IMG/VR virus record: IMGVR_UViG_3300049732_000141
Source of the DNA: an uncultured virus (IMG/VR IMGVR_UViG_3300049732_000141)
Lineage: Duplodnaviria; Heunggongvirae; Uroviricota; Caudoviricetes
Length of the DNA: 64,000 bases
Strand: one strand, 5' to 3'
Each line of letters begins with the position of its first letter. Within the stretch, counting starts at the first letter, position 1. Made by a program: the position numbers and the translations under genes. Shown piece by piece: positions 27,506-36,194 of the stretch. Under the pieces are notes generated by a model, which was given only the letters and a program-made list of their open reading frames with translations, was not told the origin of the DNA and searched no databases.

Positions 27506-27578
27506 TCGGCATACCACGTCTGTAACCTCGACGGCCGGTCCCGTGCCCGGAATGGGCATAAACGGGCCCAAAGTGGGG

Positions 27579-27594
27579 TGGCACGGCGTTTGCA
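27579..27594 (+). promoter_or_regulatory. sigma-54 promoter P7
   Basis: TGGCACG-GCGT-TTGCA upstream of helicase RBS. Confidence 0.8.
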
Positions 27595-27637
27595 CATGAC
27601 CAGTGCGTCCGGGCGCAGCCCGGCAGGAGGGTCAAGT

Positions 27638-29107
27638 ATGAGCAAGCAGTGGAGCAGCCAGCAGAACGCGATCTTCGGTTGGTTCGAGCAGCCCAACGAT
27701 TCGAACCTCATCGTCCGTGCCCGCGCCGGGACGGGCAAAACCACCACGATCATCGAGGGCGTGAACCGCGCCCCCGACGCCAGCATCCTCCTCTGCGCTT
27801 TCAATAAGCGCATTGCCGAGGAACTCACCTCGCGCCTGACCAGCCCGAACGCCGCCGCCAAGACGCTGCACTCCATCGGGTTCAGCATCGTGATGAAGTA
27901 TTGGGAGGGCCTGCGGGTGTCCAAGAACACCGACCGGGCCGACGATCTGACGGCCCGCGTGACGGCGCAGACGGACCCGGATGCGATCAAGCGCCTCGTC
28001 ACCAAGCTCCACAGCAAGGCCCGCGAGATCAAGCCGCTGGCCACGGGCGCGGCCGACCTCGAAGACCTCGCGGTCACCTTCGAATGCGTCCCCGACGAGC
28101 GGTGGGCGGGCAGCCGCTACGACCTGCGCTTCGTGTGCGCCGCCGCCTACAAGGCGATGGTGCTGGCCGCCGCCGAGAAGCCGGTCAAGACCGGCATCGA
28201 CTTCGCGGACATGATCTTCCTGCCGGTTCGGAACAAGTGGGTGAACCCGGTTTACGACTTGGTGGTCGTCGACGAGGCGCAGGACATGACGGTCGCGCAA
28301 CTGATGATCGCCCGGGGGATCTGCAAGGGTCGCCTCGCGGTGGTGGGCGACGACCGGCAGGCGATCTACGGGTTCCGGGGCGCGGACTCGGGTAGCCTCG
28401 ACCGCCTCAAGACGGAACTGAACGCCACGGAGCTTGGCCTCACGGTGACCTACCGCTGCGGCCGGGTGATCGTCGACGAGGCCAAGAAGCTGGTGCCGGA
28501 CTTCGAAGCCGGGCCCGCGAACGCCGAGGGCGGGATCACGGACCTGCCGATGCAGAAGCTGGTCGAGACGATCCAGCCGGGCGACTTCCTCCTGAGCCGG
28601 GTGAACGCGCCGCTGGTCGAGACCGCGATGACCCTCCTGCGCGAGGGCAAGCGGGCCCGGGTGGCCGGGCGCGACATCGGCGCGGGCCTCAAGGCCCTCC
28701 TGCGCCGCCTCGCCAAGGGCCCGGCGGCCTCCAGCCTCCCGGCCCTGATGGAGAAGATCCAGAACTGGGCCAACCGCGAGGGCGAGAAGATGGCCCGCGC
28801 CGGGCGGCAGGACAAGGCCGACGCGATTGCGGATCAGGCCGCGATGCTGGTCAACCTCGGGGAGGCCGCCCGCAGCGTGAGCGATGTCGAGGCGCGGATC
28901 GACGCCCTCTTCACGGACGACGGCCTCGGGCAGGCGGGCGTGATCACCTGCAGCAGCGTTCACCGGGCCAAGGGGCTGGAGGCCGAACGGGTGTTCGTGC
29001 TGGCCAGCACCCTGCGCCACAGCGAGTCCACCACGGTCAACGAGGAGCAGAACATCGCCTACGTGGCCATCACCCGCGCCAAGAAGGAGCTTGTATGGGT
29101 CGCTTGA
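27638..29107 (+). CDS. UvrD/Rep-like SF1 helicase
   Basis: ARAGTGKTT, VDEAQD, VGDDRQAIYGFRG, HRAKGLE, YVAITRA. Confidence 0.95.
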   Translation: MSKQWSSQQNAIFGWFEQPNDSNLIVRARAGTGKTTTIIEGVNRAPDASILLCAFNKRIAEELTSRLTSPNAAAKTLHSIGFSIVMKYWEGLRVSKNTDRADDLTARVTAQTDPDAIKRLVTKLHSKAREIKPLATGAADLEDLAVTFECVPDERWAGSRYDLRFVCAAAYKAMVLAAAEKPVKTGIDFADMIFLPVRNKWVNPVYDLVVVDEAQDMTVAQLMIARGICKGRLAVVGDDRQAIYGFRGADSGSLDRLKTELNATELGLTVTYRCGRVIVDEAKKLVPDFEAGPANAEGGITDLPMQKLVETIQPGDFLLSRVNAPLVETAMTLLREGKRARVAGRDIGAGLKALLRRLAKGPAASSLPALMEKIQNWANREGEKMARAGRQDKADAIADQAAMLVNLGEAARSVSDVEARIDALFTDDGLGQAGVITCSSVHRAKGLEAERVFVLASTLRHSESTTVNEEQNIAYVAITRAKKELVWVA

Positions 29108-29319
29108 TCCCCGCACGGATCGTCCGGGACGTCGAACAAGCCTGCCGGGAGTTGCCCGGCAGGCCGCTCATCCTGTCCGTCAGCGCCCCCGACGACTGGG
29201 TGCTGACCGGCCCGTGGGAAACCACGCCTCGCGGGGCCACTCAGGTGGCCAGCGTGGTCTACACGGCGATGCCGGGTGGGTCTTTTGAAGAAGGAGGAGT
29301 CGTATGGGAGGGCCTGTGA
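29095..29319 (+). CDS. hypothetical protein
   Basis: AAGGAG RBS. Confidence 0.55.
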   Translation: MGRLIPARIVRDVEQACRELPGRPLILSVSAPDDWVLTGPWETTPRGATQVASVVYTAMPGGSFEEGGVVWEGL

Positions 29320-29570
29320 GAGGAAACCTGAAGAAGGCTTACGAGTTCATCCGGGACAACCCGGGCACGACTAGCGTGCAGGTCGCCAAGCATCTCGACA
29401 TTCGGCATCCGGTGTTCGGGATGCAGCGTGCCGGGTCGGCCGCCATCGCGGCCCTGCGGAAGCAGGGACTCGTCAAGGACTGTCCGCGTTGCCCGGCGTG
29501 TCGCCGGGCGCTTTCACGGCACGAGAGGAACGTGCCATTGTTCGTGACGGGGAATGGGTCCCCGCTCTAA
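29304..29570 (+). CDS. winged-HTH/Zn-finger small protein
   Basis: I.DNPG.TS.QVAKHL; CPRCPAC. Confidence 0.6.
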   Translation: MGGPVRGNLKKAYEFIRDNPGTTSVQVAKHLDIRHPVFGMQRAGSAAIAALRKQGLVKDCPRCPACRRALSRHERNVPLFVTGNGSPL

Positions 29571-29580
29571 GGAGGAACGT

Positions 29581-30042
29581 ATGAATGGGACACAGAAGCG
29601 AGGCAAGGTCGCTCCTCAACTTGTTCTGGAGGTGCGACAGGATCACATCGACAAAGGCATCCTCAAGAATGCCTCCGCGTGTATGGTCGCGCAGGCAGTG
29701 ATGTCGCGGTTTCCGGAGGCGCAATACATCCGGTGCGATACGAGGGAAGTGTCATTCTCGCTGCCAAGCAAGAAGATCCGTCGTCGTTACTTCATGACGC
29801 CGGGCACAGCGAAGGCCGTGGTTCACTTCGACCGGGGAGAAAAGGACAAGCTGACCCCGTTCGTTGCCCGCCTGAACGACGGCATCGAAGTTCCGATGGG
29901 CTGGCGGGCCAAGCATCCGGGCAGCACGCGTAAGCACAAGCTCTACCGGAAGACCGGCAAGGGCATCCGCTACACGAAGCATCGACACTTCGGGGCCTGC
30001 AACATCAGTCAGGCTGACGCGGAGATCTACACGGATCAGTAG
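29581..30042 (+). CDS. hypothetical protein
   Basis: AAGGAGG RBS. Confidence 0.7.
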   Translation: MNGTQKRGKVAPQLVLEVRQDHIDKGILKNASACMVAQAVMSRFPEAQYIRCDTREVSFSLPSKKIRRRYFMTPGTAKAVVHFDRGEKDKLTPFVARLNDGIEVPMGWRAKHPGSTRKHKLYRKTGKGIRYTKHRHFGACNISQADAEIYTDQ

Positions 30043-30593
30043 TTCCGGACTTCCCAAAACACCGTGTTCCTGCCCGGCAGGAACCCGAGGTCGACGGCGT
30101 AGCAAGTGAACTCCACCGTGTGGCCGGGATAGACTTCGAGGAGCGCCTCAAGGTCATCCCGGCTACTCGGGTCCATGAACCGGAGCAGGAGGTCGAGGAC
30201 CTGCACGCCCGACACCGGCTTCAGGTGCCCGTCCCGGATCGAATCCCGCATCCGGCGGCCGTCCACCACGGGCCCGAGAAGCCCGTGCCAACCCCCAAGC
30301 CCTCGGCACACCTCGCCCTGAATCGTCCCCATGTGGTCCGGCGCGGCCTCGCTGACGCTATAACGCCGCCCTTCGGCGGCCCACCGGGCGGCCGTCCCGA
30401 GGATGTCGGGGCGTTGGGCCATCTCGAAAGCGCCCCCGCCGCCCGCGCCAAGCTGACGGAAGCCGACGAGGGGCACGCCCGAGTCGTAGGCGGCCTGCGG
30501 GTCGCGCCACGTGCGGAGGCGGTTGCCAAGCACGCCCGCCTCCCATAGCTCTTGGAACTGGATCTTCGAGCGGATCGCCGGGGCGTTCATCAT
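30036..30593 (-). CDS. phage hypothetical protein
   Basis: AGGAGG RBS; C-terminal VEF...WEVRNY. Confidence 0.7.
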   Translation of the reverse strand: MMNAPAIRSKIQFQELWEAGVLGNRLRTWRDPQAAYDSGVPLVGFRQLGAGGGGAFEMAQRPDILGTAARWAAEGRRYSVSEAAPDHMGTIQGEVCRGLGGWHGLLGPVVDGRRMRDSIRDGHLKPVSGVQVLDLLLRFMDPSSRDDLEALLEVYPGHTVEFTCYAVDLGFLPGRNTVFWEVRNY

Positions 30594-30781
30594 TCCTCCT
30601 TGTTCATTAATTCTGAACGTGCCTTCGCGTCTGAACGGATCGTCTGAATTCTTCGGTTCCGCCTGCACCACGGGCAGGGCGTTCCTCCCCGCTGATGTCG
30701 GCACGAAGGGTCGAAGCGGGCAGACCCGTAGTATGGCCTGCGCCGCTCTTTCCCCGCCTTGATCGCCTTATCAAGACTCAT
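30590..30781 (-). CDS. small phage protein
   Basis: MSLDKAI..GKE.R.PY..S..FD.SCR....CPWC pattern. Confidence 0.65.
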   Translation of the reverse strand: MSLDKAIKAGKERRRPYYGSARFDPSCRHQRGGTPCPWCRRNRRIQTIRSDAKARSELMNKEE

Positions 30782-30793
30782 TCGAGTTGGCCC

Positions 30794-31030
30794 CTAGATG
30801 CCGGGGCCGCCTCCTTCTCCTCCGCCGGAGCCTTGCTCCACGTATGTGCAGTAGTCGGTTCCGTTCATGTTGTTCTTGAAACCGTCCGCACAGTTCAGGC
30901 ACTCGGGTGGCGGAGGCGGACATGGCTCATCGCTCTCGGTCAGCGCCATGACGATGATGATCGCCATCATCCCAAGCAACCAGAACAGCATGCTTGGTGC
31001 CCCACCCACGGGTCCCCAATAGATCGGCAT
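30794..31030 (-). CDS. small membrane protein
   Basis: TM segment, Cys-rich tail. Confidence 0.55.
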   Translation of the reverse strand: MPIYWGPVGGAPSMLFWLLGMMAIIIVMALTESDEPCPPPPPECLNCADGFKNNMNGTDYCTYVEQGSGGGEGGGPGI

Positions 31031-31063
31031 TATTCCCTCACCTCCTTCTGTTTGTAGAGTCGC

Positions 31064-32194
31064 CTAGAAGAGGATGGGCCACGTGCAGGTGCGCCCGCGC
31101 TTCTTGTCGAGCAGGAACAGCGCCTGCTTCGGCGGTTCGTAATCCGCCTTGATCGACAGGGCGAACGCGTTGTAGCCGATCATGGACCCGTTGCAGATGA
31201 AGTTGCCGCCGTCGCGCATCTGGTGGAAGTGCCCGAACACGTCGAGGTCCGCATGGCGGCCCTTGTTCCACTGCGCGATGGCCTTGTTGACCGGAATGTA
31301 GATGCCCCCGACGCCTCCCTGATACTTCACGGCGTGCCCGTGGTGGAACCGGATCGTCGTCTCGTAGACGTCGAGGTAGGAGTGCATGCCGTCCGGGATG
31401 ATGAACTTCACGCGGGGCTCGTTGCGGAAGTAGGCGGCCAGATGGAGATACATGAGGTATTCCAGCGAGTGCCCGTTCTCCGCGCCGAAGCGCGTGGTCT
31501 GCGTCGTCCGTCCGTGGTTGCCCGAGTGGCACGGGAGCACGATCTCATAGTCCGACTCCCGCAGGATGAACTCAATGCCGCCGATGATCATGTTCTGCGC
31601 GGCCACGAGGGCGTGCGCGGGCTGCAGTTCGTTCATCTCGGCGTTTTCCGCGCCGTGGATGTGGTTCGTGATGAAGTCCCCGAGGAGCGCCAGCACGATG
31701 GTCCGGATCTCGATGTCCTGCCGGAGCAGGTTGGTCAGCCGCAGGCCGCTCCTGAAGAACTTCGTGGCCCGGGCCTGCGCGATCTCGACGTTGTAGGTGT
31801 TCAGGCCGCCGATCTCGGGGCCGACGTTCTCCTCCACGTGCCAATCGGAGGCCACCCACACCACGGTGCCTTCGTTCTTGGAGGTGCCGAGCCGGGGCTC
31901 GATCCGAACCGGATCGATGGCGGACCCGAGGACGTCGAACGCGCCGATGACCCGGGTCTGCCGCTCGATGATCTTGAGGGCCTCTTCATACTTCCGCTTC
32001 AGCGTGTGCTGCGAGGATCGGTCGGCGGCCTGCTGGATGTCGGCCTGCACGTCCTCGGGACCGGGTTCCTGCGGGGTCGGGTTGGCGAGTTGTTCCTTCT
32101 GGAGCCGCCACTGGAGGGCGTTCCGCGTGATGCCCAGTGCGGCAGCAGCCTTCCGCTGGCTGCCATACTTCTTGATGGCCTCTCGGATATTCAT
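31064..32194 (-). CDS. HTH + calcineurin-like metallophosphoesterase
   Basis: N-terminal SQRKAAAALGI HTH; SDWH, LGD, GNHGR, HHGH, GHFH. Confidence 0.85.
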   Translation of the reverse strand: MNIREAIKKYGSQRKAAAALGITRNALQWRLQKEQLANPTPQEPGPEDVQADIQQAADRSSQHTLKRKYEEALKIIERQTRVIGAFDVLGSAIDPVRIEPRLGTSKNEGTVVWVASDWHVEENVGPEIGGLNTYNVEIAQARATKFFRSGLRLTNLLRQDIEIRTIVLALLGDFITNHIHGAENAEMNELQPAHALVAAQNMIIGGIEFILRESDYEIVLPCHSGNHGRTTQTTRFGAENGHSLEYLMYLHLAAYFRNEPRVKFIIPDGMHSYLDVYETTIRFHHGHAVKYQGGVGGIYIPVNKAIAQWNKGRHADLDVFGHFHQMRDGGNFICNGSMIGYNAFALSIKADYEPPKQALFLLDKKRGRTCTWPILF

Positions 32195-32211
32195 CGATGT
32201 TGACTCCTATG

Positions 32212-32715
32212 TCACTTCGTGTAGTCGTTGCCCGTCAGGATCATGTCCGCGAGACGATCGGCGCGGTCATACTTCTGGCCCGGGCCATCCCCGACTTGGT
32301 CGGCCCACTTCGAGGCGTAGAGTTCCTTGGCGCAGGCGCTCCAGTTGCGGACCTTGAGAGCCGCAATGGCCTTCTTGAACCCGAGCGCCCTCATGCGCCC
32401 GAGGTTGAACGCCATGTCCACGACGACCCGCTGGCGCACCTCGTCGAGCGCAGTGTATTCCGGCAGCAGGCCCGGGATGGCCTTCTCGATGCGGGCGATG
32501 TCCGCCTTGAGCACCGAGACGGCCTGCTCCCGGGAGAGCCGCACCTCCTGCGGTGTTGCAAAGCGCGTGCCGATGGTGCGGTTGATGAAGTCCACGCCCC
32601 GGGCGGACAGGTTGTAGCCGACGCCCACCGTCAGGAAGCCCTCCGTATCGAGGTAAGGCTTCATCCGGTAGCCCTCGTGCAGGATCAGTTGATCGACCAT
32701 TCGGGTGACGTTCAT
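32212..32715 (-). CDS. endolysin, T4-type (GH24) lysozyme
   Basis: HEG...YLDTEG..TVGVG catalytic E-D-T; MAFNLG; SKW..Q...RA.R. Confidence 0.9.
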   Translation of the reverse strand: MNVTRMVDQLILHEGYRMKPYLDTEGFLTVGVGYNLSARGVDFINRTIGTRFATPQEVRLSREQAVSVLKADIARIEKAIPGLLPEYTALDEVRQRVVVDMAFNLGRMRALGFKKAIAALKVRNWSACAKELYASKWADQVGDGPGQKYDRADRLADMILTGNDYTK

Positions 32716-34178
32716 GAGCGCCTCAGCAGCTTGCGGAACAGGCCTCCGAGGATCTTACGCCAATCGGGGGCCGGAGGTGGAGCCGGTTTCTCTGCGTGTT
32801 TGGTGACGATGACCGTGGCCACAACGGTGGTCTCTCCTCCGACATCGTCCACCGTTGCGGACACTGACCAGAGGCCCGGTTCGGCCAGCACGAATACCGG
32901 CCGCTCCGAGGACGGCAGCGTCCCCTCGGGAACGGTGCGCGAGGGGTCCAACCAGCGCTTCCATGTCACCCCCACCGTCTCCCCGCCGGAGATGACCGCT
33001 TGGAACTGCACCGAGAGCGGGGCGTCCCCGCCGCCGGTGCTGGCCAGCACGGCCGTGATCTTCGGTGGAGCGGGTTCGGCCGGGGGAATCGGGGTCGGGC
33101 CCGGCTTGGGCGGCTTGGGCGGGTCGGCGGGCGGCTGCGGGCCCGGCAGGGGCACCTCGGGGTTGAGGGCCCGGAGCGGCTGGTCCCCGCCCCTGACGGG
33201 CAGCAGGCGGCCACCCCCGGCCTGCGGGCTGTAATCGGCGGCCACCACCCACCCCCCGGGGATTACACAAATGGACTGGGCGTATTCCGGCACCCGGCCG
33301 TCCCACAGGGCCAGCCGGAGGGTATCCCGGGCCCCCGGGGCCGCCGTGGGCCACTGTTCGGCCGCCAGCGAGGCCTCCTCGCCCTTACCCACGATCAGGG
33401 TGCGGCCGAGGGCCGGGTGGCAGGCGAGGGTATTCGTGCCCTCGGACGGGGTGATGATCGGGTCGCCCGTCGCCGTGCGCGTCACTTCGCGGAGGACCCG
33501 AAGGCCCGGGCGCGACCAGTGGCAAAGGAACGCCTTCCCGGTCCACGTTACTTCGTGGTCCTCGCACTTGTCGCCCGAGGCGTCAAGCTCTCGAAACGCG
33601 CCAACCGTGGTCAACGTGACCGGATCGAGCATCTGCACCCACGCTCGTCCGAAGCCGAAGGCGCAGACGACGCCATCGTGGTAGGCCAGCACCGGGCCGC
33701 CGCGAAACGAGTCCGCACCGGCCAGCGCCATGAGTTGAACGGGTGCTCCGCCGTGCGGGACCTTGGCGACGACGGGCACGCGCACGTCCCCGGCCATCAG
33801 AGCCGTGCCCACGAACCAAGCCCACGGGGTCCAGACGATGCCGCAGCGTTCGGTGAAAGTGCTGGCCCCGCCGGTGTCCACGACACGGATCGGTTCCGAG
33901 ACGGTGACGTCGTTGACCTTTCGCAGCCACCGGGTGTTGGCCCCGTTGTCAAACGCGAGGTAGGTGATAGCGAACGACTCATCGGAGCCGGAGGCCGCCA
34001 CCATTGCCCACGCGCAGAAGGACCCCTCGGTGGACACGCGGAACCGCTGGCCGAGCAGTTGACCGTCCACGTTGAAGTATTGCGCCCATACGACGGCGGG
34101 GTCGCCTTCGCAGAACACGACGAGGCCGCACTTGGCCCGGTCGTTCCATGCCACTGAATGTCGTGCGAGACGGATCAT
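32712..34178 (-). CDS. beta-rich protein with Pro linker, PKD-like domain and amphipathic C-terminus
   Basis: G.APLSVQF...W...PG.WSV..TV.D PKD pattern. Confidence 0.65.
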   Translation of the reverse strand: MIRLARHSVAWNDRAKCGLVVFCEGDPAVVWAQYFNVDGQLLGQRFRVSTEGSFCAWAMVAASGSDESFAITYLAFDNGANTRWLRKVNDVTVSEPIRVVDTGGASTFTERCGIVWTPWAWFVGTALMAGDVRVPVVAKVPHGGAPVQLMALAGADSFRGGPVLAYHDGVVCAFGFGRAWVQMLDPVTLTTVGAFRELDASGDKCEDHEVTWTGKAFLCHWSRPGLRVLREVTRTATGDPIITPSEGTNTLACHPALGRTLIVGKGEEASLAAEQWPTAAPGARDTLRLALWDGRVPEYAQSICVIPGGWVVAADYSPQAGGGRLLPVRGGDQPLRALNPEVPLPGPQPPADPPKPPKPGPTPIPPAEPAPPKITAVLASTGGGDAPLSVQFQAVISGGETVGVTWKRWLDPSRTVPEGTLPSSERPVFVLAEPGLWSVSATVDDVGGETTVVATVIVTKHAEKPAPPPAPDWRKILGGLFRKLLRRS

Positions 34179-34387
34179 GCGAGACCTGCGTCTTTCTTCG
34201 CCATCTCCATGCGGAACGTCGCATCGGAGGCCAGCCACTGGACCAGCTTGGCGATCTCCTCGGGTGACTTGCTGCCGCCGAAGATCGCCTGCAGGGCCCC
34301 GGAGATAGCCGGGATGCCCACGACGGCGAGCTTCCCGAGGGCCTTGACGATCTCGGCTGCGACCATGATTTCGGCGGGCGTCAGCAT
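34175..34387 (-). CDS. small lysis-region protein
   Basis: TAATG and ATGA overlaps; hydrophobic N-terminal half. Confidence 0.6.
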   Translation of the reverse strand: MLTPAEIMVAAEIVKALGKLAVVGIPAISGALQAIFGGSKSPEEIAKLVQWLASDATFRMEMAKKDAGLA

Positions 34388-34893
34388 TACGAGACTCCTT
34401 TGCCGAGCGCGTTGACGCGCTCCTTGAGCGTAGCGATGAGGGCGTGGATCATCTGCGTCTCCTTGACGCCGTTGATCTTCGTGAGCAGGGAATCGAGCCG
34501 CAGGATGGCCTGCCCGAGGGGCACCAGCGCCTTCAACGGGTCGCCCTTGCTGAGAGCCAGCGCCACCTCCCGCTGCGCCGCGAAGGCGGCCAAGAACTGC
34601 AACGAGATATCGATGTGGAGCGCCGTCGTCAGGCCCATCTGGTGGGCCAACGGAGTGCAGGTCGTGATCGGACGCTTCGTGCTGGCGTCCACGACGTTGC
34701 ACAGCTTGCGCTCTTCGTCCTGCAACTGGCCGAGGGTGACTTCGACCGACACGGCCAACTCGACCACGGATGGCGGCCGACGAAGGGCGCAGCCTCCCAT
34801 CAGGAGCATGCCGATGAGCACGAGCACGATGAAGATCGCGTAGTTGTTCTGATAGAGGTCCGGATGGACCGCACGTTGCTGTCGTCGTTTCAT
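34387..34893 (-). CDS. putative lipoprotein (spanin-like?)
   Basis: Hydrophobic stretch ending LMGGC (lipobox-like). Confidence 0.6.
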   Translation of the reverse strand: MKRRQQRAVHPDLYQNNYAIFIVLVLIGMLLMGGCALRRPPSVVELAVSVEVTLGQLQDEERKLCNVVDASTKRPITTCTPLAHQMGLTTALHIDISLQFLAAFAAQREVALALSKGDPLKALVPLGQAILRLDSLLTKINGVKETQMIHALIATLKERVNALGKGVS

Positions 34894-35528
34894 TTGAGCA
34901 CCTCCAACCATCCCTGTTCCTGCCACTGCGCGAACTGTGTCGGGTTCCGGAGCAGCCCGGAGTGCCCCACGTCGTCCACGCGAACGTTGACGTCGGCACT
35001 CGGGTGCTTGCGCCCGGAGCCGACCTTGCCGTCAAACAGCGTGCCAAACACCTGCCACCAGTCCGAGTTGTCGGAGTGGATGTGCAGCCAGTGCTTGATG
35101 TTCGGCCGGGCCTTGGCTGTCACGTCGCGCATATCCTTGCGCGGGGGCCCGGTCACCGTGATTAGCGTGTGGATCTTCAGCCCGAGGGCCGCCGCGTAGA
35201 GGGCGACCTGCATGCCATGGCTGTGGGTGATCACGTTCAGTTGATCGCCCGGGACGGCCCTCTCGGGACACTGCGGAGGCACGCAGAACCAATAGAGGTT
35301 CCAGCCCGCCGAGGCCCACACCAGCAGATCGCCATCGCCAAACCCGACGCCCCCGAGGTTCGTGGACCAGATGAATGGCACGGCCTCCCCCTCGTGGTTC
35401 CTGCCGAAGAGCGGCTCGATGCCGTTGCTCCGAAGAAAGGAGACGAAGGCGGAGCCGGGCATATACCACCGGGTCGTGGTGTCGTCGTTGCGCCAGTCGT
35501 GGGTGCCGGAAACGAGGACTGTCTTCAT
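34890..35528 (-). CDS. alpha/beta-hydrolase fold protein
   Basis: VSGT oxyanion region, ITHSHG nucleophile elbow, D..Q, GHS. Confidence 0.75.
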   Translation of the reverse strand: MKTVLVSGTHDWRNDDTTTRWYMPGSAFVSFLRSNGIEPLFGRNHEGEAVPFIWSTNLGGVGFGDGDLLVWASAGWNLYWFCVPPQCPERAVPGDQLNVITHSHGMQVALYAAALGLKIHTLITVTGPPRKDMRDVTAKARPNIKHWLHIHSDNSDWWQVFGTLFDGKVGSGRKHPSADVNVRVDDVGHSGLLRNPTQFAQWQEQGWLEVLK

Positions 35529-35546
35529 CGAGCCTCCATCATACGA

Positions 35547-35936
35547 CTAACTGCCGATCACGCCGAGGAAAGTTCCCGTCCTCCCGTGCCATTTCTTCAG
35601 GTAATCCGTCAAGCCGAGCGAGACGCCTTCCTTCGGGCAGTAGACATAACCGTTGTCGATCACGACGAGGTGCCCGCCGGGGTTCTCCTTGGCCCGGCGG
35701 CCGGACCACAGCACCGTGACGACGGCCTTGCTCGTCAGCCGCGTGCGGGACCGGCGCAGCCGGATACCGGCCCGCCGGGCGGCCGTGGCGAACTCCCGCA
35801 CGTAAACGCCCTCGGTGCGGGCCCGTGGAGCCACTGAGGCCATCACGGAGGCCGCCTGCGCGTAGGTCTTGCCCATCAGCATGGCCAAGCACGCGATGCC
35901 GCAGTCGGAGGCGGCACGCTGGCGGACGAGCTTCAC
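35547..35936 (-). CDS. C39-like cysteine peptidase
   Basis: Q....DCGIACLAM...HLVV......CP. Confidence 0.8.
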   Translation of the reverse strand: MKLVRQRAASDCGIACLAMLMGKTYAQAASVMASVAPRARTEGVYVREFATAARRAGIRLRRSRTRLTSKAVVTVLWSGRRAKENPGGHLVVIDNGYVYCPKEGVSLGLTDYLKKWHGRTGTFLGVIGS

Positions 35937-36193
35937 CCGCCGATATAGAGCGTCGAGATCAGGTGAAAGAGGAACGCGATCAGCGCCGCGCCGAAAGTCA
36001 TGCCGAGCCACCGGACGGTCTTGCGGGTGCCCTCGACGACCGTGATGCGCCTGTCGTGTTCGGCCACGGTGCCTCCAACCTTGTCGATCTTCTCGCTGAG
36101 TTCTCTGTGAGAACCCCGCTGCTCCTCCCGCATATCCTGCAGGAAGCTCTGCAGATCGAACGTTGCCGTGGTCGTGCCCTTTTTCCGCGCCAT
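35933..36193 (-). CDS. holin/hemolysin XhlA-like membrane protein
   Basis: Coiled coil plus single C-terminal TM, in lysis region. Confidence 0.55.
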   Translation of the reverse strand: MARKKGTTTATFDLQSFLQDMREEQRGSHRELSEKIDKVGGTVAEHDRRITVVEGTRKTVRWLGMTFGAALIAFLFHLISTLYIGG

Positions 36194-36194
36194 G

